Shown: piece after piece, positions 14,591-28,730 of the stretch | How positions within the stretch are numbered: the stretch's first letter is position 1 | Layout: every line of letters begins with the position of its first letter | Assembly (NCBI RefSeq): GCF_009914755.1 | Contig: NC_060925.1 | Strand: one strand, 5' to 3' | DNA: 64,000 nt | From: the human T2T-CHM13v2.0 reference genome, Homo sapiens | Program-made: the position numbers and the translations under genes | The notes under the pieces: generated by a model | What the model was told of the DNA's origin: nothing | Database searches by the model: none | Seen by the model: the letters and a program-made list of their open reading frames with translations, nothing else

Positions 14591-14868
14591 GTAAGTCATT
14601 CTAGAAGATATGATGATTATTATTTAGTAGCCAAGAATGGTGGTACACGCCTGCAGTCCCAAAGACTTGGGAGGCTTGGGCCCAGGAGTTGGAGGTTGCA
14701 GTGAGCCATGTCTGTGCCACTGCACTCCAGCCTGGGTGATAATGCAAGACCGCATCTCAAAAGAATAAATTTTTTAAAAAATTATTATTTAATAATAATA
14801 CATTAAGAAATAATATAATATACATTAATAATATGCTTTAAAATAATATTTAGGAATTAAAATAATAA

Positions 14869-14936
14869 GTACTACTACTATTATTGCTGTTGCTACTACT
14901 GTTATTATTACTACTACTACTACCACTACTACTACC
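14869..14936. repeat. Interrupted (TAC)n/(TAT)n trinucleotide repeat
   Basis: Seen directly in the sequence. Confidence 0.8.
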
Positions 14937-15006
14937 ATTTATTGCTTACTAAGTGACAGGTACTCTGCCAGGCACTTCACATGCGTTATCTCTAATCCTC
15001 ACAACA

Positions 15007-15049
15007 GTCTATGGCCATACCACCCTGAACACACATATCTCATCTAATC
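15007..15049 (+). pseudogene. 5S rRNA 5' fragment (tailless retropseudogene) inside a MIR
   Basis: gtctatggccataccaccctgaac...atctcatctaatc matches the 5S 5' end GTCTACGGCCATACCACCCTGAAC...ATCTCGTCTGATC; ~16-bp direct repeats at 14991-15006 and 15043-15058. Confidence 0.8.
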
Positions 15050-15670
15050 CTCATAGCAGTTCCAAGTAGTGAGTAGTAGTATCCCTATTTCTTAGATAAG
15101 CAAACTGAGTCATGGCAGAGTTAAGAGTTATCCAGTAGCTACATTAAGTATCAGAGCTGGTATTTGAATCTTTATATGTCTGACTCCCAAACCTGTGATC
15201 AATACAAATCATGCATATTTTACTGGGACCACTGACACCAATATACTTTATAATGCATTTAACAATACTTTATACATATTTGTTCACTGGAAAGCCAGTA
15301 GGCTTGAATCAGTGGTGAATTAATCTGACCCTAGCTTGCCTATATAAAAATGCTACCAGTTATCAATAATATAATGAAATTTGACTATTTTAACGGTAAC
15401 AGCTAAAAAATTTTTAAATACGTTTACCAATTTTTAAATTCTAAAACTACACATACCCTCCTTTTAAAAATGTATGAATAGAATTATAAAATGAACACTG
15501 CTTTCTTAGTAATTAATAGTACAAGTAAACAGAAAAAAATCAGTAAGGATATAAAAGTCCTAAAAATACTAGCAGTCAACATGACCTAATTGATATTTAT
15601 AGAAAATTTTACCAGAATACACATTCTTTTCATATACCCATGAAACATTCACCAAGAGGGACCATCCTGG

Positions 15671-16075
15671 TGGAACTGGAAGTCATTATGCTAACAGAAA
15701 TAAGCCAGGCACAGAAAGACAAACATTGCATGTTCTCACTTATTTGTGGAATCTAAAAATCAAAACAGTTGAACTCATGGACATAGAGAGCAGAAAGATT
15801 GTTACCAGAGGATGGGAAGGAGAATAAAGGGGCAGTTTCAGTGGGAGGTGGGGAATGGTTAATGGGTAAAAAAAAAAAAAAGAAAGAATAAGACCTAGTA
15901 TTTGATAGCACAACAGGGTGACTATAGTCAATAATAATTTAATTGTACCTTTTAAAATAACTTAAAGAGTATAATTGGATTGTTTGTAACACAAAGGATA
16001 AATACTTGAGGAGATGGATAACCTATTTTCCATGACATGATTATTACGCATTGCATGCCTGTATCAAAACATGTA
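15671..16075 (+). mobile_element. L1MA-type 3' UTR fragment lacking its terminal ~50 nt
   Basis: tggaactggaagtcattatg...gcacagaaagacaaacattgcatgttctcac...gcattgcatgcctgtatcaaaacat. Confidence 0.75.
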
Positions 16076-16076
16076 G

Positions 16077-16866
16077 CCTTTTGGCTCTGTGAGCAGCACC
16101 ATGGCTGTTGGCAAGAACAAGCACCTTATGAAAGGTGGCAAAAAGGGAGCCGAAAATAGAGTGGTTGATCCATTTTCTAAGAAAGATTGGTGTGATGTAA
16201 AAGCACTTGCTATGTTCAATATAAGAAATATTGGAGAGACGCTAGTCACCAGGACTCGAGGAACCAAAATTGCATCTGATAGCCTCAAGCGTCGTGTGTT
16301 TGAAGTGAGTCTTGCTGATCTGCAGAATGATGAAGTTGCATTTAGAAAATTCAAGCTGATTGCTGAAGATGTTCAGGAAAAAAACTAACTTCCAGGGCAT
16401 GGATTTACCCCTGACGAAATGTGTTCCGTGGTCAAAAAATGGCAGACCATGATTGAACCTCACATTGATGTCAAGACTACCGATGGTTATTTGTTTCATC
16501 TACTCTGTTGATTTTACTAAAAAACACAATCTGATACAGAAGGCCTCTTATGCTCAGCACCAACAGGTCTGCGAAATCCAGAAGAAAATGATGGAAATTA
16601 TGACCTGAAAGGTGCAAATGACTTGAAAGAAGTGGTCAATAAATTGATTCCAGGCAGCACTGGAAAAGAGAAAAGCTTTGCCTATCTATTTATCTTCTCC
16701 ATGATGTCTTTGTTAGAAAAGTAAAAATGCTGAAGATGCCCAAGTTTGATTTGGGAAAATTCATGAAGGTAATTGTTCTGGAAAAGCCACTGGGGATGAG
16801 ACAGGTGCTAAAGTCGAATTAGCTGATGGATATGAAGCACTGGTCCAAGAATCTGTTTAAAGTTCA
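16077..16866 (+). pseudogene. RPS3A: RPS3A (40S ribosomal protein S3a/eS1) processed pseudogene
   Basis: 5' pyrimidine tract ccttttgg; ATG at 16101 ([17 protein letters not shown]...); intronless; frame breaks after EDVQEKN; C-terminal ...VQESV* ends at 16860. Probably the copy named RPS3AP11 (recall, unverified). Confidence 0.95.
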
Positions 16867-17016
16867 AAATTTAAAAAAAAGGCCATCCTGGGCCATAAAG
16901 CAAATCTCTGTGAAAAAAATGAAATCATACAAATTATTTTCTCTGATCATAATGGAATTAAACTAAAAATTGGTAACAGAAGTAGATTCGTTGGAAATAT
17001 TTGGAAATTAAAAAGA

Positions 17017-17306
17017 TTTTTTTTTTTGAGACGGATTCTCACGTTGTCGCCCAGGCTGGAGTGTAGTGGCATGACCTCAGCTCACTGCAACCTCTACCTC
17101 CTAGGTTCAAGCAATTCTCTGCCTCAGCCTCCCGAGTAGCTGGAATTACAGGAAACTGCCACCATGCCCAGCTAATTTTTGTATTTTTAGTAGAGATGGG
17201 GTTTCACCATGTTGGCCAGGCTGGTCTTGAACTCCTGACCTTGTGATCCACCCGCCTCAGCCTCCCAAAGTGCTGGGATTACAGGCGTGAGCCACCGCAC
17301 CCGGCC
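17017..17306 (-). mobile_element. Alu (S-type)
   Basis: Antisense dimer; TSD taaaaagat. Confidence 0.92.
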
Positions 17307-17669
17307 TAAAAAGATATTTATAAAAAGACCATGCCTTCAGAGAAAAAAATTAAGAGAGATATTAGAAAATATTTTGAATTTAAGAAAATGAAAATGCAAC
17401 AATATCATCATTTCTGTGACATAGCTAAATCAGTACTTAGAGGGAATTTTATAGTATTTAATGTTTATACTAGAAATCAAGAAAGGACTCAAAATAATCT
17501 AAGTCTATACCTCAGAAACCCAGAATAAGGTGAGCAGAATAAGAACAATAAGAATATAATTAAATATAATAAGAATAAGAAGAATAAGAACAGAATAAGA
17601 AGAGAAAATTAAATCCAAGGCATGCAGAAGGAAGGAGATATTAAAATAAGAGTTAGAATCAACAAAAGT

Positions 17670-17962
17670 GGCTGAGCGCAGTGGCTCACGCCTGTAATCC
17701 CAGCACTTTGGGAGGCTGAAGCAGGTGGATCACGAGGTCAAGAGATCAAGACTATCCTGGCCAACATGGTGAAACCCCGTGTCTACTAAAAATACAAAAA
17801 TTAGCTGGGTGTGGTGGCGCATGCCTGTAATCCCAGCTAACTCGGGAGGCTGAGGCAGTAGAATCTCGAACCTGGGAGGCAGAGGTTGCAGTGACCGGAG
17901 ATTGTGCCACTGCACTCCAGCCTGGCCACAGATGGAGACTCCATCTCAAAAAAGAAAAAAAA
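17670..17962 (+). mobile_element. Alu (S-type)
   Basis: Full dimer; TSD aatcaacaaaa. Confidence 0.92.
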
Positions 17963-18293
17963 ATCAACAAAACTAAAGACAGAACCGCAATAGAGTAAAT
18001 CAGTGGAACCAAGAGCTGCTTCTTCAGAAAGAACAACATTGATAAACTTTTAGCTAGATTGGTCATGAAAAAAGAGAGAAGTCACAAATTACCAATATAA
18101 AAAATAACAGAATAATTCTACACAATAAAAAGATAATACAGGAATATTATGAATAACTTTATGCCAGTAAATTGATGACCTGGATGACGTGGACACATTC
18201 CTTAAAAGACACAAACTACCAAACCTCAGCTAAGAAGAAATAGCTCTAAATCTATGTAAAGAGGCGGAATTTTTAGTTAAAAACCTTCCCATG

Positions 18294-20090
<1,797 letters not shown>

Positions 20091-20482
20091 ATCTTCCCAT
20101 GAGGAAAACTCCAGGCTCAGATTGCTTCATTAGTGAATTCTAATAAGAGGAATTATTTAAGGAATAAATAATACTAAATTTACATAATTTCTTCCAGAAA
20201 ATTGAAGAAGAGAATACTTCCCACCTTTTTAAGTGGCCAGTTAACAAATAAGTACAGAGAGTAAGAAATAACTTGTTGGATAGTAAAATTAAATGCAGTA
20301 TGTTTACCAACAATAGATTGTTAAATAAGTGACTATACGAGGCATACTTTGCAGCTGTTAAAGACGACATGGAGCCAAGTGTGCACTGACATGAATAGAT
20401 TTCTGTGATATATTATCAAGTGAATAAGGCAAGTTGTAGAGTAAGATGTGTGGTATAATGTCATTTGGGTTTTTTATTTGTG

Positions 20483-20484
<2 letters not shown>

Positions 20485-20518
<34 letters not shown>
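20485..20518. repeat. (TG)n microsatellite
   Basis: About 17 perfect units. Confidence 0.95.
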
Positions 20519-20521
<3 letters not shown>

Positions 20522-21455
20522 CACAGGACCTCTGTGAGCTGGTATATACTAGTATGGCAGTAATGTTGTGAAGATACTGGAATAATTCTGTGTTGAGTTG
20601 TAAGTAGCTGTTGTCCTGAGTCTTCCAAGCATTTCTACCTGCCCTAATTGTCTTAGCTCCTTCTAGCCCCATGTCTTCCCAGCTACTAAAGAGATAATAT
20701 TTAGCACAGCAAAATGTTCTCTAGAACTCTACTTCAGAGCTACATTCTTATAGATGAGGGTACATGCTTAACCAGTTGTTAAATATTTTTAACACAACTT
20801 TGTCTGTTTGTATATTACTATAAATATATATATATAAATGTCTGAAAATATTTACTATGTGTTAAAAATATTATTTTGGGACATGGTACTAGGTGAAGGT
20901 GGGATAAAAATATTCACTTTGAACAAAACTATGTAGTTTGATTAACAAAAAGCCTATGTTCCATTTGTGATCAATAAAATTTGAGGTATTAACACTTTAC
21001 AATTCAAGACTTACAATAAAGCTACAGCATGGAATTGTTCTAAGAACAGATATATAAACTAATGGACTAGGAGGTATGTAAAAGAGACAGGACTGAAAGG
21101 CATTTTTTTTGGTCATTTAACTTTTAAAAGGTAGGCTAGGCTAAATTGTTTTAAAATTCTAGGTCCTAGAAGAACCTCTATTGCTGCAAACCCTACACTC
21201 AAAAAGTCCAATTCATTGGTCTGGTGTGAGTAATATAAAACTTTCTCTGTTATTTCTTTGGGTTGGTAGAATATTCTAGGACTAGACTTGAGAGCCTAGT
21301 GGCTCTCCTGCACAGAGAGCCAGCCACATATGCAGAGACATGGTAGGACTGACAAGAAGGGCAGGCTAAATAGCACTTCCTTCGTTTTTAGAGTTAGTGC
21401 CCCTGAAACTAAAACTTTGATCCAGTTGAGTAAACTGTGTTCTTCTCTGTTTTAG

Positions 21456-21571
21456 ATGCAGCTGACCTACAGAAAGCAAAGGAACAAAATCAGAGACTGG
21501 ATGAGGAAATTCTGGCTTTAAGAAATAGGGTTCGATCACTTGACTCAGAAAAAAAGGTGCTTGGTGAAATG
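21456..21571 (+). CDS. CCDC30: CCDC30 upstream coding exon C (DAADLQKAKEQNQRLDEEILALRNRVRSLDSEKKVLGEM)
   Basis: ttctctgttttag| acceptor and |gtaagt donor; 116 nt, phase 1 to 0; open; coiled-coil pattern. Confidence 0.85.
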
Positions 21572-22099
21572 GTAAGTTTAATTTACTTCTTAGAACGTAT
21601 TTAAATGTGTCTACCATAACAATCAACAGCATAAGCAACACAGGTATACAACATGTAAGTTGGTCTTTAGCAGGGACCAATACTGGTGGCTGTAATATCT
21701 CAGGGGGATGCCATGCTTTGACCTAGATGCATTCTATCTGTACTTATATTTTATACATTTTAACTACCTATGCTAAACAGCAACATTGTTGCTATCATGT
21801 AAATCTAGGATCTTTTAAATAAGGAATTAGATAATAGTTTATAGTTAACACGTTCACCACATAGAAAATATTACTCTATTATATTGGATAAGTTTAAGAT
21901 TATTAATACTAAATCTTTAACTGTTTATATTTTTAACCATTTCTTCTTAGCAATTTACTGATTTTTAAAAATATGTACTTCCAAATTTTAAATACATCTC
22001 TTCAATTTTAGTTTATATTCATTAAATAATCATATATCTAATATCTAAGAAAATACCTGGCATAATACTAGGTGCTTTAGAAATTTTTTTGCAAGAGTG

Positions 22100-22860
22100 A
22101 CTAAAGACCCATCAGGATGGCTAATATCAAAACAACAGAGAATAACAAATGTTGATGTGGAAAAATTGGAACCCTTTTGCATTGCTGGTGAGAATCTAAA
22201 GTAGTGCAGCCACCATGGAAAACAGTTACTCTAAAAGTTAAATATAGAATCACCATGTGGTCTGACAATTCCACTTCTGGATATATGCCCCAGAGAATTG
22301 AAAACAGAGACTCATACATAGATTTGTACATCCATATTCATAGTAGCATTATTCACAATAGCCAGAAGTTGGAAGCAGCTCAGATGCTCGTTGATAGAGG
22401 AACAGATAAGCAAAATGTGGTATAGCCATACAATGGAATATTATTCAGCATTAAAAAGGAAAGAAATTCATACACATGCTGCAACATGAATGAACATTGA
22501 AGACATTATTCTAAATGAAATAATACAGTCACAAAAGGACAAATAATATGTGATTACACTTATATGGCATGCTTAGAGTAGTGAAAGTCATAGAGACAGA
22601 AAGTATTAATAGAATGGTCATTGCCAGTGGCTGGGGAGAGGGAGTAACGGGAGTTATTGTTTAATGAGTATAGAGTTTCAGTGCAAGATGAAGAGTTCTG
22701 GAGATGGATGGTGGTGATGGTTGCACAACAGTGTGCCTGACAATGTACTTAATAATATGCTTAATGATGCTTAATGCCACTGAACTGTACACTTAAAAAT
22801 GGCTAACATGGTAAATTTTGTTATGTGTATTTTACCACAATAAAAATGCAATCATAAAAA
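22100..22860 (+). mobile_element. L1MB-like 3' end
   Basis: atacaatggaatattattcagcattaaaaagg...cacttaaaaatggctaacatgg. Confidence 0.75.
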
Positions 22861-23175
22861 GAATGAATAAAAAGTGAAGATTGGTAAGTTGTCTAAGTCT
22901 TCATAAATTTATGTATCTAATACATTTATATATTTAATACATGTGTGTATACGTGAAAAAGTTCAGGTAGGGTACATTCCAAGCAGTGTTATTTCTGGAA
23001 AGGGAGGACCAGTTGTGATATGAAGGAAAATACCATTTTTTATTCTGTATACCTATGTGTTGAAGATTTACAAGGAGAATGTATTTATATATTACTTGTA
23101 TAATTAAAAAACAAAACAATAATTTATCCAAACAAAAATTGAGAAGTCTACAAGGTGTTTACTTTTGTATTTAAG

Positions 23176-23274
23176 GTTGAAAGACTTAAAGGAGAGGTGT
23201 GTGAATCTCAAGAGAATAAGCAACTTGGAAACCACTCCCCTGGAAAAACTGTGGGTGGTGAACAGAGAGAACAG
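23176..23274 (+). CDS. CCDC30: CCDC30 upstream coding exon D (VERLKGEVCESQENKQLGNHSPGKTVGGEQREQ)
   Basis: ttttgtatttaag| acceptor and cag|gtattg donor; 99 nt, phase 0 to 0; open. Confidence 0.75.
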
Positions 23275-23842
23275 GTATTGTATTTTAAAGTTCTGTTCTT
23301 TCTGATCTCTAATTTTTGAGTTGCATTTTTACAGAGTATACTAGAGTGATTGGTGCTAATCATTTGCTACTCTTTCTTATTGGGCTGTCTTTTTCTAATG
23401 CTCAGCTAATTAGAGTGGAAGAGGAAAGAGGGCTACAGAGGATGTGTTTCTGTTTACTTCTTCCTCATAGAGAACAATTAATTTGGAGAATATAGTAGAT
23501 TGTTTCTCTGAAGAGAAAAGAATCTTATAAAGATACAATTTGAGCATATCATGGAGAACTAATAAGATGTAGGCTCCAGTGTGTACAGTGTCTACTATAT
23601 TCAGCATGATCAGCCTCTGAAGTGGTGAGCAAAGCAATCAAACCCAAGACAGACTGATACAAGTGCCAGGGTATATCTAGTAAATAGTGGTTTTAATTTG
23701 CCTTTTGAGGGTGTCTAATGGCCATGAATATGTTTTGGCCATTTATATATGTTCTTTTGTGAAGCATCTGTTCAAATCTTTTATACATTTTTAATGGAGT
23801 GGTCTGCATTCTTAAAAAATTTATTTTATTTTTATTATTATA

Positions 23843-24130
23843 TTTTTTTTAGAGATAGGTTTTCACTCTGTTGCCCAGGCTGGAGTACAGGGGTGCAGTC
23901 CTGGCTCGCTGCAGCCTCAACCTTCCAGGCCCAAGCCATCCTCCTGCTCCAGCCTCTCAAGTAGCTGGGACTATAGGCATGCAGCACCACACTCAACTAA
24001 TTTTAAAAAATCTTTTTTGTAGAGATGAGGTCTCACTATGTTGTCCAGGCCAGTCTCAAACTCCTGGCCTCAGGTAATCTTCTTGCCTCCCAAAGTGCTG
24101 GGATTACAGGCATGTGCCACTGTTTCTGGC
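23843..24130 (-). mobile_element. Alu (J-like)
   Basis: Antisense Alu; its head forms part of the target site of the TMSB4X insertion. Confidence 0.85.
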
Positions 24131-24138
24131 TTGTATTC

Positions 24139-25070
<932 letters not shown>

Positions 25071-25796
25071 TCTGGCTTGTATTCTTTCTTTATATTGAGT
25101 TGTAGAAGTAGTTTTGTTTTGTTTTTTTACATATTAGAGATGATGTCTCACCATGTTGCCCAAGCTCTCAAACACCTGGCCTGAAGTGATTCTCCATCTT
25201 TGGCTTCTTAAAGTGCTGGGATTACATGCATAAGCCGCTACACCTGGCCAAGAGTTCTTTATATATTTTCAATACCAGTCCTTTGTTTTAGATATATGTA
25301 TTATAAATCTTTTCTTATTCTATGACATGTCTTTCATTTTCTTAATAGTGTTTTATAAAGAGTAGAAGTTTTAAAATTTTGATGGAGGTGAATTCATCAA
25401 TGTTTTCTTTTATAATTTTGTGATAGGACACAAAAAGCCTATTTAAGAAATCTTTATCTACTCTAAGGTCACAAAATATGTTTCTTATACTTTCTTCTAA
25501 ATTTTTTATAGTTTTAGTTGCTACATTTAGGTTTATTATCTACTGCAGGTAATTTTTGTATATACTGTGAGGTAAAATTGAGAGGTTCATTCATTTTTAG
25601 TGTATATCCAGTTATTCCAGAAAGATTTGGTAAAAAGAGTTATTTCCTTATGGATTAAGGTTGGTGCCTTTATTAAAAACATTTATAAAGATCCACTTCT
25701 GGTCTCTGTATTCCATTCTGTTAACCCATGTGTTTATTCTTAGAACAATTCCATTCTGTAACTTTATTGTAAGTCTTGAAATTATAAGGTGTAACA

Positions 25797-26970
25797 CCTT
25801 CTTCTCTCAACTCATCAAAGTCATTCTGTGTCCATCTTTGTTCCATTGCTGGTGAGGAGCTGTGTTCCTTTGGAGGAGAAGAGGTGCTCTGATTTTTAGA
25901 ATTTTCAGCTTTTCTGCTCTGGTTTCTCCCCATCTTTGTGGTTTTATCTACCTTTGGTCTTTGATGATGGTGATGTACAGATGGGGTTTTGGTGTGGATG
26001 TCCTTTCTGTTTGTTAGTTTTCCTTCTAACAGTCAGGACCCTCAGCTGCAGGTCTGTTGGAGTTTGCTGGAGGTCCACTCCAGACCCTGTTTGTCTGGGT
26101 ATCACCAGCAGAGGCTGCAGAACAGCAAATATTGCAGAACAGCAAATGTTGCTGCCTGATCCTTCCTCTGGAAGCTTTGTCTCAGAGGGGCACCCGGCCA
26201 TATGAGGTGTCAGTCTGCCCCTACTGAGAGGTGCCTCCCAGTTAGGCTACTCAGGTGTCAGGGACCCAATTGAGGAGGCAGTCTGTCTGTTCTCAGATCT
26301 CAAACTCCGTGCTGGGAGAACCACTACTCTCTTCAAAGCTGTCAGACAGGGACGTTTAAGTCTGCAGAAGTTTCTGCTGCCTTTTTTGTTCAGCTATGCC
26401 CTGCCCCCAGAGGTGGAGTCTACAGAGGCAGGCAGGCCTCCTTGAGCTGCGGTGGGCTTCACCCAGTTTGAGCTTCCCGGCTTCTTTGTTTACCTACTCA
26501 AGCCTCAGCAATGGTGGGCACCCCTCCCCAAGCCTCACTGCTGCCTTGCAGTTCGATCTCAGACTGCTGTGCTAGCAGTGAGCAAGGCTCCATGGGCGTG
26601 GGACCCTCCGAGCCGGGCGTGGGACCCTCCGAGCCATGCGTGGGATATAATCTCCTGGTGTGCCATTTGCTAAGACCATTGGAAAAGCACAGTATTAGGG
26701 TGGGAGTGTCCCAATTTTCCAGGTACCGTCTGTCATGGCTTCCCTTGGCTAGGAAAGGGAATTCCCTGACCCCTTGCTCTTCCCGGGTGAGAAGATGCCC
26801 CGCCCTGCTTCGGCTCGTGCTCCGTGGGCTGCACCCACTGTCTGAGAAGCCCCAGTAAGATGAACCCAGTACCTCAGTTGGAAATGCAGAAATCACCCAT
26901 CTTCTGCGTCGCTCATGCTGGGAGCTGTAGACTGGAGCTGTTCCTATTCGGCCATCTTGGAACCTCCCTC
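25797..26970 (-). mobile_element. 3'-truncated primate L1PA: complete 5'UTR and first ~46 codons of ORF1
   Basis: The minus strand starts gagggaggttccaagatggccgaatagg (YY1 site). ORF1 start MGRNQSRKAENSKNQ...FDELREEG at 25933, then an abrupt junction. Confidence 0.9.
26511..26858 (+). CDS. L1 ORF0 homologue (115 aa, with an in-frame tandem duplication)
   Basis: MVGTPPQASLLPCSSISDCCASSEQGSMGVGPSEPG...IRVGVSQFSR aligns with primate ORF0 (MAGAPPPASLPPCSLISDCCASNQRDSVGVGPSEPG...). Translation is not shown. Confidence 0.6.
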   Translation: MVGTPPQASLLPCSSISDCCASSEQGSMGVGPSEPGVGPSEPCVGYNLLVCHLLRPLEKHSIRVGVSQFSRYRLSWLPLARKGNSLTPCSSRVRRCPALLRLVLRGLHPLSEKPQ

Positions 26971-27260
26971 GTGAATTCTTGTCAGGAAATTTTTATCCCC
27001 CAAGAGAGAAACTCTATCCATTATCCATTAGTATCCATTTCTTATTTTTCTACCTGCCCCCTCTCCCCAGCCTCTGGCAACCACTAAAGTACTTTCTGCC
27101 TTTGAATTTGGCTATCTTGTACATTTTACATAAGTGGAACCATACAATATGTGGACATTTGTGTCTGCCTTCTTTCACTTAGCATAATGTTTTCAAAGTT
27201 CATATTGTAGTATGAATTAGTACTTTATCCCTTTCTGTGGCTGACTATTTTATTGTATGG

Positions 27261-27542
27261 ATTTTCTTTTTGAGACAGGGTCTCACTCTGTCACCCAGGC
27301 TGGAGTGCATGCTCACTGCAGCCTTGACCTTCCAGGCTCAAGCAATTTTCCCACCTCAGCCTCCTGAGTAGCTAGGACTATAAATGCGCACCACCACACT
27401 CAACTAATTTTTGTGATTTTTTAGTAAAGACAAGGTCTGGCTATGTCACCCAGGCTAGTTTCAAACTCCTGAGCTCAAGCAATCATTCCACTTGGCCTCC
27501 CAAAATGCTGGGATTATAGACATGAGCCAGTACACCCCACCC
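27261..27542 (-). mobile_element. Alu (J-like)
   Basis: Antisense Alu next to the ERV LTR. Confidence 0.85.
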
Positions 27543-28217
27543 TTAGTGAAGTGGCATTGTTGTCAGGGGTAAATACCTGGGGTTCGTCATCTTACACTAA
27601 GAAGATTAAAGACAGAGACACACGTGGGTGGGCTAAGGAGTGGAAAGTTTAATAGGCAGAGGAAAAGAGAGAGGAGAGCAGCTTTCTCTTTTGTGAGAGA
27701 GAGGGGCATCCAAAAGATAAAAGCTGGCCTGCAGCAGACTGCATCAGATTTTATAGGCAAGCTTGAGGAGGCAGTGTCTGATTTATGTAGGGCCTACAGA
27801 TTGGTTCAACTAGGTGTGACGTTTACATAGCATGTGGGGAAGGCTTGTCACCCCACCCTAATCTTAATATGCAAATGGGCTTTCTACTTGGCCAGCGCCA
27901 TCTTGTCTGCTCCATACTGTACACGTGGCTGGCAAAGAGAAGAGAAGATGGAGCTGCCATTTTGATCATGCCTAGTCCCAGGTAGCCTTTTCCTATTGGC
28001 ACAACTGCTGGCATTCACCTTTGCAAGCTTCCAGCTTATTTGTCTATGTCTGCAGCTCAATTTTACAGGCTGCTCTTTGTTAGAGAAGAAAATGATTTGG
28101 GGGCTGCTTTTCATTAAAATTAAAACCTTAATGAGGACTTCCTTACCCTCACTATCTGCCTAAATAATTTCTTTTTAACTCCTATCTTATTCCCCCCTCA
28201 GGAGTGGTAACCCTAAC

Positions 28218-28730
28218 TGTGGAGACCAGCTCAGTCAGGGAGACCCTCACCCAGTGGCGCTAGAGGAATTAAAGACACACACACAGAAATATAGAGGTGT
28301 GAAGTGGGAAAGCAGGGGTCTCACAGCCTTCAGAGCTGAGAGCCCCGAACAGAGATTTACCCACATATTTATTAACAGCAAGCCAGTCATTAGCATTGTT
28401 TCTACAGATATTAAATTAACTAAAAGTATCCCTTATGGGAAACGAAGGGATGGGCTAAATTAAAGGAATAGGTTGGGCTAGTTAACTGCAGCAGGAGCAT
28501 GTCCTTAAGGCACAGATCGCTCATGCTATTGTTTGTGGCTTAAGAATGCCTTTAAGCGGTTTTCCGCCCTGGGTGGGCCAAAACATGAGGGCATGTTCCT
28601 TGCCCTCATTCCGGTAAGCCCACCACCTTCCAGCGTGGGCGTTATGGCCATGATGAACATGTCACAGTGCAGCAGAGATTTTGTTTATGGTCAGTTTTGG
28701 GGCCAGATTTCAGGGGGCTTGTTCCCAACA
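28218..28730 (-). mobile_element. MER9 (HERV-K HML-3) solo LTR, copy 1
   Basis: Minus strand tgttgggaacaagccccc...gagctggtctccaca; ~510 bp. Confidence 0.8.

Noticed and set aside
16089-16388. 99-aa RPS3A-like ORF as a functional gene
   Set aside because: Truncated by a deletion and stop, with further lesions downstream; no promoter evidence.
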